A DNA stretch of 64,000 nucleotides from an uncultured archaeon (GCA_964486045.1 CAZALK010000004.1:128001-192000); one strand, 5' to 3'; shown: positions 49,913 through 58,336, counted from the first letter of the stretch. Translations and numbers: made by a program. The notes: generated by a model from the letters alone, not told the origin.

Positions 49913-50773
49913 TTATTTGATCTCGATTTCCATTGGTTGCTCAATTTGAAACTTCTTTACTTTTTTTAATAAGTAAGTTCTTCTTTTTTCACGAGTCTTA
50001 TCTAAAACAATTATAGTAGGAATTATCAATGTAGTGATTAAAATTGGATATGTTGCTAAAGTAAAAATTGAAGCTATCCCACTAGTAAGATCTGGACTAC
50101 TAGCCATTAGTTCGATCATATTATAAAAGAAACTAAAATAATTATAAAAAACAGCGATTCCAGCATATCCCTTTAGAAGCGTGTTATACCAACTTCCAAT
50201 ATTTCTAACTTCAGTTGAATCATACATATCTCGTGTTTTATCTTTATTATGATAGATTATCCCTGAATCTATTAAATGCAAAACTGGAGAAAACACAATC
50301 AATGAAGCAGCTGTCGTGATTGGAAGTATTGCGATAAATGTCGCCCATGGTGCCAGAGGGGATTCAAGATCAGGAGTAGGAACTGAAGTTATTAAGTCAG
50401 TTACTTTTGGATAACTAGCAAGAATTAAAGCAATATTTATTGAAAATAAAGCTGGCCAAAGAGCTTTGATGAAATAACCTTTAAATTTCTTGGTTAAAGG
50501 CTTTTCTTCTATTCCATATACCATATTCCTCCCTACAGTTTTTTTATGGATAAAAATAAAAAGAGGTCCTAAAATATATCCAAAAAAATATCCAAAAATA
50601 ATAGCACTAAATACAGTTAATAGATTTATTATCAGTGAATCCACCGACATACTAGTGGAAAGTAGTATTATGAACCCTGGTGCGGTCCCTAAAAGTAGAA
50701 AATTAATGATAAAAACAATAACTATAGAAAAAATAAATATAATCAGCGATTTTAAATATTTCGAGAAAGTCAT
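49913..50773 (-). CDS. Hypothetical membrane protein, paralog B
   Basis: Same motif blocks as 45895-46830. Confidence 0.78.
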   Translation of the reverse strand: MTFSKYLKSLIIFIFSIVIVFIINFLLLGTAPGFIILLSTSMSVDSLIINLLTVFSAIIFGYFFGYILGPLFIFIHKKTVGRNMVYGIEEKPLTKKFKGYFIKALWPALFSINIALILASYPKVTDLITSVPTPDLESPLAPWATFIAILPITTAASLIVFSPVLHLIDSGIIYHNKDKTRDMYDSTEVRNIGSWYNTLLKGYAGIAVFYNYFSFFYNMIELMASSPDLTSGIASIFTLATYPILITTLIIPTIIVLDKTREKRRTYLLKKVKKFQIEQPMEIEIK

Positions 50774-51008
50774 AAATCTAACCTTGCCTTATCTTAATTA
50801 GTGGATTAATACATTATAATTAGTTCGGTAAATATAAACATTTTATGAATCAAATTCTATTTAAATATATGTGAAAGGCAAAACTTACGCTTTTCCTCTT
50901 TATAGAAAGAATTAAAATAGTATCAATTACCTTTTTTAAATATTTTTAATATCTCTACTAAAATTTTTAACTGAATATTTTTTTGTCTAAAAATAATTTA
51001 AAGCGTGC

Positions 51009-51425
51009 TTAAGAATTAGCAAAACGACCATTTACTTGCTTAATGGGAAAAATTGAAAAAGTTCCAAATGCCTTAGCAACAAGATTTTCATTGTTCATTA
51101 TTTCAGATTCTAACACACTAATACTCCGTCCTTTATGAATAACCTTAGTGTTGCAAATAAGTTCTCCCTTCAATACCGGTTTTAAATAGTTTATTTTCAC
51201 TTCTATTGTAGCACAACTTTCATTTTCTTCTAATAGAGAATATAGTGCAGCTCCCATACCCGTATCTGCCATTGAATACATAACACCCCCATGCATAACA
51301 CCGTGGGGATTCATCAATTTTTTTTCCACCTTTAAAGTGCATTGAGAATATCCTTTTTCACGTTCAACGAATGTTAATCCAATTAGCTCAGCGAAAGGAT
51401 GAAAAACCTCAAATTCTTTCGTCAT
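51009..51425 (-). CDS. PaaI-family hotdog thioesterase
   Basis: NPHGVMHGG..YSMADT, TIEVKINYLKP. Confidence 0.92.
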   Translation of the reverse strand: MTKEFEVFHPFAELIGLTFVEREKGYSQCTLKVEKKLMNPHGVMHGGVMYSMADTGMGAALYSLLEENESCATIEVKINYLKPVLKGELICNTKVIHKGRSISVLESEIMNNENLVAKAFGTFSIFPIKQVNGRFANS

Positions 51426-51746
51426 ATGTAAATTCAATAACTCTTTAAATAAAAGACCTTCTAAGTTCACTACCTAATGCACAATTATTATTAAAAGATG
51501 GGTTTGTTTTATCATTCTGCCACCAATGTAACCATAAAAATAATAAATTAGAACACCATAATACTATTCTTCTTCCTTAATAAAACTCATAAAATATGAG
51601 ATTATAAGAAGAATTCTCTCTTTCGAGGAAGATGTAAATTAAACGAATGAGAGATTCCATGAAAAGTTAAATTAAATTACTACTGATTAATATATAAATT
51701 TTAAGAGTGAGAAAAAAAACTCTATCAATCTTCCCAACAATAAAAA

Positions 51747-52592
51747 ATGATTATTTGGATATTGGAAAGTGATTCTGGAATTAAATTGTTATATAAGTCT
51801 TTTTTAAAAACAGATGCTGATGAGGATATAGTTTCTGGGTTTTTAACAGCCTTCAATCATTTTTCTGTAATGGAGTTTAAACAATCAATAGATTCAATAG
51901 AAATGGGTGGCTTACGATGGATATATATATCAGAACCTAAATATAACCTGCTCTTTGTAGCAGCAGGTACTAAAGAAATGAAAACTGAGATCCTTAAGAG
52001 CAGATTAGTGGTGATAAAAAACGCGTTTATAAAGGAATTTGATAAAGTTTGGGAAAAAAAAGGACATAATTGGGATGGAGATCTTAACATCTTTAACCCC
52101 TTTCTTCAATTGATAACGGATTATTATCATCAATGGAAAGAAGTTGAAAATTTAACTCAAACAGCAGATTTCTTCGATATTTTAGGAATATTCCAAAACC
52201 TTTTTATAATGCTGAGAAATATCGTTGAAAATAAAATGTATAAGAAGTCAAAAAATGAAATACTGGATATTATCAATTCTCATTTTACATCTTATATCAC
52301 CCAAAAAGACTTTAAAGCTGAACCAGAGTTGAAGAATATATCCTTTACAAAAGACGAATGGTTTAACATTATCGATATTAATTTAATTAAATGTGATAAA
52401 GAGCTTGTAATTAATAATCTAAAGCATTTACTTACGCATGTAGTAAAAACATTAAAAGAAGTTAAAGGAAATAATTTGTGTCTGAAATATTTTAGAGAAG
52501 AAAAGATATACGGTTATATTATTAATAATATGACTTTATTAAATGATCTAAGTTTAGATATGTATTTATTGGAACTCTTTTTGCAGCTGTAA
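51747..52592 (+). CDS. Longin-domain protein with helical C-terminal extension (eukaryotic signature protein)
   Basis: WIL..SG..L, DIVSGFLTAFNHF, IDSIEM, LLFV, L..IKNAF, WDGDLNIF..F: the beta-beta-alpha-beta3-alpha2 pattern of Asgard longins. Confidence 0.75.
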   Translation: MIIWILESDSGIKLLYKSFLKTDADEDIVSGFLTAFNHFSVMEFKQSIDSIEMGGLRWIYISEPKYNLLFVAAGTKEMKTEILKSRLVVIKNAFIKEFDKVWEKKGHNWDGDLNIFNPFLQLITDYYHQWKEVENLTQTADFFDILGIFQNLFIMLRNIVENKMYKKSKNEILDIINSHFTSYITQKDFKAEPELKNISFTKDEWFNIIDINLIKCDKELVINNLKHLLTHVVKTLKEVKGNNLCLKYFREEKIYGYIINNMTLLNDLSLDMYLLELFLQL

Positions 52593-52697
52593 TATTTGAT
52601 AAATTTAAACTTATTCTGAAGCAATTAAAGTTCAGCCAATATTAGATTGGGATGAAAATTGATGGATAATATATAAAAAGTAATTTATTTTTTTTTA

Positions 52698-52913
52698 AAC
52701 GATTTTCCTTTAAAACTACCACTTCAAAACGAAACTCAAGGCAATTTCGATGGATTTTTAACTATTTTTCAACAAGGAAATGAAAAATTCGGTCTGCAAA
52801 CAGTACTATCAATACCTGGATATTCAATTTTAACTTTTTTATTCATATTTGGGATAGTAATTATCATTTCTGTTGCATCTAAATATAATTTGAATGGCAA
52901 AACCAGAATTTGA
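52698..52913 (+). pseudogene. C-terminal remnant of an SBBP beta-propeller-like surface protein with IPGY-TM (Loki-CTERM-like) signal
   Basis: Open frame without a start: NDFPL..Q...GNFDGFLT...SIPGYSILTFLFIFGIVIIISVASK..KTRI*. Confidence 0.6.
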
Positions 52914-52958
52914 TGCACTAATTCTATGAAAGATTTTTACTTTTAATTATGAAAAGGT

Positions 52959-53107
52959 GGTTCCTGCCAAGGACCTCAATATGAGGTCAAATCCAATAAA
53001 AGAAAAAGTTAAATTTTTAAGTGTGGCTCAAGAGCTACACTACCAAAAGACAAAATTCTGACGAAATCGAGATTTTCGAAATCGGATCCAGGGGATTGAC
53101 AGGAACC
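52959..53107. other. 149-nt structured element (ncRNA or MITE-like)
   Basis: Terminal inverted repeat GGTTCCTGCCAA / TTGACAGGAACC (11/12); internal hairpins at 52972-52988 and 53020-53041; GC-richer than flanks. Confidence 0.5.
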
Positions 53108-53312
53108 TTGTTTTAAGGACATAATTTTTAGATTTAACATCTCTTATTTTTCATTAAATTCAAGAAAAATTTGTCTTACTTACTTAATCTAATTATTTTC
53201 ATGAATATAAATATTTAGTGTATAATTTATTCTTTATATAGGAATATCTTGAATTTATACATTAATATCACCATAAAAATAATAAATTATAATACAATAT
53301 TCTTATTAGGAT

Positions 53313-53345
53313 ATAAATAATTTCAACCCTAAATATTTTGAAGTG
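53313..53345 (+). promoter_or_regulatory. Putative MarR operator copy 1 (between TATA box and marR start)
   Basis: ataaataatttcaaccctaaatattttgaagtg; 24/33 identical to 53871-53903. Confidence 0.55.
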
Positions 53346-53350
53346 AAAAA

Positions 53351-53830
53351 ATGTCTGAAAAAGATTCTACTTGTGAAGATGATACCTGCGAGGTGCTCGA
53401 TTTCTCTAAAATTTTTCAATTAATCAATATTTTAAATAAAAAGTATGATAAGTTGCAACGTAAAATTGTGAAGAATGATAATCTCACCCCACCTCAACAT
53501 TCAATATTAATGCAGTTATGGGATTCTGATGGAAAACGATTTAAAGAATTAGCGTCGGCGTGCTGTTGCTCCCCTTCAACAATAACGGGAATAGTAGATA
53601 CTATGGAAAAACATGATTTAGTTTATAGGAAAAATAATCCAGAAGATAGACGAAGTCTTCTTGTAAACCTTACCGAAAAGGGAAGAGAAATTCAAAAGAA
53701 TACTCAACCAATCAAAATTATTTTAGAGAACTGTTGTGAAGGTTTTTCAGCTGAAGATGTTGATCAACTTACTCATTTATTAAATAAATTGTCTGATTCA
53801 TTTGAAATTAGTGGATTGGATAACTGTTAA
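53351..53830 (+). CDS. Cys-rich MarR-family transcriptional regulator
   Basis: LTPPQ..IL, ELA, STITGIVD.MEK..LV.R..DRRS..V.LTEKG; 8 Cys including CCC in the HTH. Confidence 0.92.
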   Translation: MSEKDSTCEDDTCEVLDFSKIFQLINILNKKYDKLQRKIVKNDNLTPPQHSILMQLWDSDGKRFKELASACCCSPSTITGIVDTMEKHDLVYRKNNPEDRRSLLVNLTEKGREIQKNTQPIKIILENCCEGFSAEDVDQLTHLLNKLSDSFEISGLDNC

Positions 53831-53870
53831 TCATTACTTCCATTTGTGGATTAGAATTTTTAATAAATCA

Positions 53871-53910
53871 ATAAATACTTCGGACCCGAAATATTCGGAA
53901 CTCTTATATA
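53871..53910 (+). promoter_or_regulatory. Putative MarR operator copy 2 plus TATA box of the peptide-methyltransferase-arsM operon
   Basis: ATAcTTCGG-ac-CCGAAaTAT palindrome immediately upstream of TTATATA (53904-53910). Confidence 0.6.
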
Positions 53911-53983
53911 TTAGTATTGATTATTAATAATTAAAATAAATTTTTTCTTAAAACTCAAAAAAATAAATAATCTTGAAAGAAAT

Positions 53984-54127
53984 ATGACAGATCAAAAAAC
54001 AGCAGAATTAATTAAAGTGTACGAGTCGAAAAAAGCGAAGAAAGCACTTTATTCTCAATGTAATACTCACCAATGTTACATTCCTCAGTATAATTTGACT
54101 TATCAAGGATCTTCCTGTCGATGTTAA
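53984..54127 (+). CDS. Unannotated 47-aa Cys-rich peptide
   Basis: MTDQKTAELIKVYESKKAKKALYSQCNTHQCYIPQYNLTYQGSSCRC*; first ORF after the promoter, 30 nt before the methyltransferase. Confidence 0.6.
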   Translation: MTDQKTAELIKVYESKKAKKALYSQCNTHQCYIPQYNLTYQGSSCRC

Positions 54128-54157
54128 GATTGTGGGAAAATAATTAAATAGGATTAA

Positions 54158-54973
54158 ATGATAAGACTTATGAAAAGGCAAGGGATTTATAAACCAACAA
54201 TAGAGGATATTATTGAAATAAGTGGTATTGAGACTCTCCACCCTGGAGGTATGGTTTTAACACTCCGAGCAGCTGAATTTGCTGGATTAAAGCCAGGAAT
54301 GAAGGTTTTGGATGTATCGAGTGGTAGAGGTACTCAATCTATTTTGTATGCTAGAGAATTTGGAGTTCATGTTACTGGTGTTGATATTTCGGAAGATATG
54401 GTTAAATCTGCTACGGAGAATGCAAAAAAGGAACAAATGGATGAATTAACTACTTTCAAAATAGGTGATTCTCAAAAATTACCATTTGAAGATAATTATT
54501 TTGATGTAGTTATTAATGAATGTGCTGTCGGAATTCCAGATGATTCTCAAAAGGTTTTGGATGAGATGGTCCGAGTTGCTAAAAATGGAGCATCAATAGT
54601 GATTCACGAATCGACATGGCGTAAAACTATAACCGAAGAAGAAAAGAATGAGATTTCTGAGAGGTATGGTACTACACCATTAGAATATGATGAGTGGATT
54701 TCTATGTTAGAAAAAGCTGGTGTAAGGGAAATTACTACCGAGTTTGATGAATGGTCAAAACCTGAGATGTTTTGGAAAATTCGACAAGATCGTGATGTGG
54801 AAGATTTTTCGAAAATATACACACGTTCTGAATTATCAACATTAATTGGAAGAGTTTCTCAAAAACACGGACAAGAAGGAGTAATGATAGCACTTGAAAA
54901 TCAGAAAAAATTTACACAAGTAGTCCTTGATGGTAAATTGGGCTATGGTTTATTTAAAGGAATCAAAAAATAA
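54158..54973 (+). CDS. Class I SAM-dependent methyltransferase (type 11, HPGG subgroup)
   Basis: LHPGG..LT, VLDVSSGRG, GVDISEDMV, GDSQKLPFEDNYFD, EMVRVAKNG. Confidence 0.9.
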   Translation: MIRLMKRQGIYKPTIEDIIEISGIETLHPGGMVLTLRAAEFAGLKPGMKVLDVSSGRGTQSILYAREFGVHVTGVDISEDMVKSATENAKKEQMDELTTFKIGDSQKLPFEDNYFDVVINECAVGIPDDSQKVLDEMVRVAKNGASIVIHESTWRKTITEEEKNEISERYGTTPLEYDEWISMLEKAGVREITTEFDEWSKPEMFWKIRQDRDVEDFSKIYTRSELSTLIGRVSQKHGQEGVMIALENQKKFTQVVLDGKLGYGLFKGIKK

Positions 54974-55002
54974 CAAAAAGAAAAAAACAAGATGGAACAA
55001 AA

Positions 55003-55971
55003 ATGGTTGAAGAAAATTCTTTAGAAGATGAGAAAATTAGGCAGATAGTAAGAGAACAATATGGAAGGGTAGCCGAAGGGCGATCAGAGAGTTCAAGTTG
55101 TTGTGGTCCTACTGCAAATACAGAAGTCCCCACTAATAGTTGTTGCGGTCCGGCTGCACCTACTGTGAACTTAGAGTTAAACTCCAGCAGTGAAAATGCC
55201 AGCAGTCCTATAAAGATCCCAGCTGATAAATTAGGTAAATTCATGAAAAGTTATAGTTCTCAATTAGGGTACACTGAAGAGGATCTTAGAACTATTCCTG
55301 ATGGTGCTAATCTGGGGCTAGGGTGTGGCAATCCAACCGCACACGCATCTATTCAGGAAGGAGAAACAGTTCTGGATCTTGGAGCGGGTGGTGGTTTAGA
55401 TTGTTTCATAGCAGCAGATAAAGTAGGAAAAACAGGGAAAGTTATTGGAGTAGATATGACTCCTCAGATGATTGATCGAGCTCGAAATAATGCAAGAAAG
55501 GGCAATTATGAGAATATTGAATTTCGGCTAGGGGAAATCGAGAACCTCCCTGTTGCTAATGATTCTGTGGATCTAATTATGTCAAATTGTGTTATTAATC
55601 TTTCTCCTAATAAAGATAGGGTATTTAATGAAGCTTTCAGAGTGCTCAAGCCAGGTGGAAGGATGCTGATTTCAGATATTGTTCTACTAAAAGAATTACC
55701 CGATGTCATCAAAGATAACAAAGAAGCATATTGTGGGTGCATATCAGGAGCAATCTTGAAAAAGCGGTATATAGAATTAATAGAAGAAGCGGGATTTCAA
55801 GATGTTGAAATTATGGAAGAGAGCGATTACTCTACAGTTGATTTTTTACTTGATGATCCAATCGCTGGAGCAGCTTTAAAAGAACAAGGAAGAGATCTTG
55901 AGGAATTGAAAAATCTAGAAGAATACATCACAAATTCAAGTATAAAAGTTAAAGCAATAAAACCAAATTAA
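55003..55971 (+). CDS. arsM: Arsenite S-adenosylmethionine methyltransferase
   Basis: VREQYG, SCCG (twice), [47 protein letters not shown]. Confidence 0.93.
   Translation: MVEENSLEDEKIRQIVREQYGRVAEGRSESSSCCGPTANTEVPTNSCCGPAAPTVNLELNSSSENASSPIKIPADKLGKFMKSYSSQLGYTEEDLRTIPDGANLGLGCGNPTAHASIQEGETVLDLGAGGGLDCFIAADKVGKTGKVIGVDMTPQMIDRARNNARKGNYENIEFRLGEIENLPVANDSVDLIMSNCVINLSPNKDRVFNEAFRVLKPGGRMLISDIVLLKELPDVIKDNKEAYCGCISGAILKKRYIELIEEAGFQDVEIMEESDYSTVDFLLDDPIAGAALKEQGRDLEELKNLEEYITNSSIKVKAIKPN
55096..55158 (+). repeat. Internal 21-nt duplication encoding two SCCGP motifs in ArsM
   Basis: agttgttgtggtcctactgca (55096) vs agttgttgcggtccggctgca (55138). Confidence 0.75.
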
Positions 55972-56018
55972 TACTTTTTTTATTTATTTTTTAAACTAAA
56001 ACCTTAGTTCCAACAATT

Positions 56019-57047
56019 CTAATTCTTATTACCACAATAAGGACATATTTCGACTTTTAGATCAATCAGGTTTTTACAAAATGAACACTCTAATTGATTG
56101 TCTTTAACATTATCTAAATCCTTACTTTCTAGTGACTCAAGGTGATTAAGGAAATCAGAAATAGTTTGCTTATTAATAATCATATAATCACCATCAATTG
56201 TGAATTCAAACTTCTTAGCCCACTCAAAAATTTTGTCATTAAAACTATGTTTTTCTAATTCTAATGTGGTACGTATCATCTTAAGTTTTAAACGATTCGA
56301 AACTTTTAACATCGTTTTTAATTTTTTAAATTTTTCTTTCTCACTTTTTTTAAATTCTAGGCGTTCGGATTCCTTATACATTTTAGTTTGATTTAATACA
56401 TCATATAGTTTTTCAGTTTTCAACTTATCTTTTCTTAGTTTTCTCCGTTGCATTTTTAAAGGAAATATTGAATAAGTTTTTCCATTTTTTGTTTCAATTT
56501 TTACATACGTGGTTGAACCTTCGATTTCCATTGTTATCTCTCTAAAATCTAAGACATCAATCTTATACATTCCTTCTGAATGGAAAGATTTGAATAAAAT
56601 ATAGTTTTCCGTTAAAAAAAGCTGTCCATGAATCGTAATATCTTTTAAATCATAATTGAGGAGAGAACCAATGTGAAAACTTACTACGGCATCAAATAAA
56701 ATTATTTGATCTCTATTAAAAATTAATCTAGTTAATTGTCTAAACAACTCCATCGTCATTTCTTTGGAAGGACTATAGATATTATTCTTTTGTCTCATGG
56801 GATATAGAGTATAAAATGTATGATGTGGTGTCTCGAGTTCTATTAGTGTAATCTTAAATCTAATTTTCCTTGATATATCTTGAATCTCAGATAGTTTAAC
56901 TTGAAATAGGATTTTATCTACTAATGATTCAAATGAAAGGAAGGTTTCCGTTAGGAAAATAGTTCCTTTGGATTTTTTAGAAACTAAGTGCCTAAACGAA
57001 GGTATTCCTGTGCTGAAACTCCCGTATGATTCAAATAAAGTTGCCAT
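56019..57047 (-). CDS. Tandem PH/GRAM-like domains + winged-helix + C-terminal Zn ribbon protein
   Basis: Internal repeat KGTIFLTETFLSFES / HGQLFLTENYILFKS; IFEWAKKFEFTIDGDY; CSFC..CPYCG. Confidence 0.6.
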   Translation of the reverse strand: MATLFESYGSFSTGIPSFRHLVSKKSKGTIFLTETFLSFESLVDKILFQVKLSEIQDISRKIRFKITLIELETPHHTFYTLYPMRQKNNIYSPSKEMTMELFRQLTRLIFNRDQIILFDAVVSFHIGSLLNYDLKDITIHGQLFLTENYILFKSFHSEGMYKIDVLDFREITMEIEGSTTYVKIETKNGKTYSIFPLKMQRRKLRKDKLKTEKLYDVLNQTKMYKESERLEFKKSEKEKFKKLKTMLKVSNRLKLKMIRTTLELEKHSFNDKIFEWAKKFEFTIDGDYMIINKQTISDFLNHLESLESKDLDNVKDNQLECSFCKNLIDLKVEICPYCGNKN

Positions 57048-57233
57048 ACTTAGTCCTCAATAGCAATTATCGGTAAAATGTGTGTTATTATTTTAATATT
57101 GATTTTTATGAAGATAAATTTATAGTACCGATTTTTCTTTATAATCAAATTGTACTTACTAAAAGATTAAATTATAAAAACTCTAAAAATTTTCCCTAAT
57201 TAATAATTTGTAATTAACGAGAAATTACGAGAA

Positions 57234-57602
57234 ATGGTATCTTTTACATTTGTTGTCTGCGCCGAACCTTATAAGTATGAAGCAATAGATACTGTAATTA
57301 ATTTAGGTGAAGCTATAATAAAAAAGGGGCATGAGATTTTAGGAGTTTTTCTCTATGGAAGCGGTGTATACAATATTAAAAGCAGAGAAATTTCAAGTGA
57401 TTCCCTAAGAGATTTACCAAAGCGTCTGAGGAACTTCTGTAAAATAAATAAAACCATATTAACATCTTGCAGCACATGGATTAGTTTTACTGGCATCCAA
57501 TCACCAGAAATTATTGAAGGGGCATCCCAAGAAGGATTAGGGGCATTATCAGATTTTATTGCAAGATCTGATCGAGTTCTCTTTTTTGGTCCAGGAGGGT
57601 AA
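57234..57602 (+). CDS. dsrE: DsrE/TusD-like sulfur relay subunit
   Basis: EPYKYE, GHEILGVFLYGSGVYN, conserved Cys (TSCS), GLGAL...DRVLFF. Confidence 0.85.
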   Translation: MVSFTFVVCAEPYKYEAIDTVINLGEAIIKKGHEILGVFLYGSGVYNIKSREISSDSLRDLPKRLRNFCKINKTILTSCSTWISFTGIQSPEIIEGASQEGLGALSDFIARSDRVLFFGPGG

Positions 57603-57608
57603 TAGTTA

Positions 57609-57977
57609 ATGGCAAATTCAATAATTATAATTTGTGAAGACTCTCCATTTGGAAAAGATTCTCCTGTGGAAACTATTCGTATGGCTACGGGGATATTAGC
57701 AATTGGGGATATAGAGAATTGTAAAGTGGTGTTCATGAAAGATGCTTTATACTTTCTTAATAAGAAATTGAATCCTGACGCTTTACAAGTTGATCATTTT
57801 GATAATATAATGAGGTTAATTAAGCTTTCTGGGTTAGAGATTTATGTCCATGATACTGCAATGGAAGTAGCTGGGCTGCTTAGATCAGATCTACTGCCAA
57901 TCGATAATATAAAAATAGTAGGTATAGAGGAAATTAGCCAATTAATATTAGACGCAGATATGAGTTTTAAATATTAG
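57609..57977 (+). CDS. dsrF: DsrF/TusC-like subunit
   Basis: SPFG...ETIR, VFMKDAL; middle gene of the E-F-H triad. Confidence 0.82.
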   Translation: MANSIIIICEDSPFGKDSPVETIRMATGILAIGDIENCKVVFMKDALYFLNKKLNPDALQVDHFDNIMRLIKLSGLEIYVHDTAMEVAGLLRSDLLPIDNIKIVGIEEISQLILDADMSFKY

Positions 57978-57994
57978 AAAAGTGGTGAAAACTA

Positions 57995-58336
57995 ATGGCG
58001 GACAATAATTCCATTGTATATTTATATGGATTTAGCACGGTGTTGGAGTCAAAACTAATAAATTTAATAAAAATTATCGAAAAACAAATTGAGCAAAACA
58101 GTAAAATCAGTGTTGTTTTTATCCATGATGGGGTAATTGGAACTTCTAGTGTAAATAAAGCATCACCATCTATGACAAAGCTATTAAATTTACCCATTAC
58201 GACTTATTCCCTTCTTCCTGATCTTAATGCTCGTGGGATTGATGCAACACAACTTAAAACTAAAATTGTTGGAATTGCTTATGAAGATTTGGTTGACATA
58301 CTAGTTACAAACCCAAAAATAGTATCGTGGATGTAG
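57995..58336 (+). CDS. dsrH: DsrH/TusB-like subunit
   Basis: FIHDGV, DLNARGI, YEDLVD, terminal SW. Confidence 0.85.
   Translation: MADNNSIVYLYGFSTVLESKLINLIKIIEKQIEQNSKISVVFIHDGVIGTSSVNKASPSMTKLLNLPITTYSLLPDLNARGIDATQLKTKIVGIAYEDLVDILVTNPKIVSWM

Noticed and set aside
53058-53081. Hammerhead ribozyme core (CTGACGA...GAAA)
   Set aside because: Stem II does not close properly and no stem I/III partners with a UH cleavage site were found
57234-58336. Evidence for dissimilatory sulfur oxidation
   Set aside because: No dsrAB, dsrC or dsrMKJOP in the window
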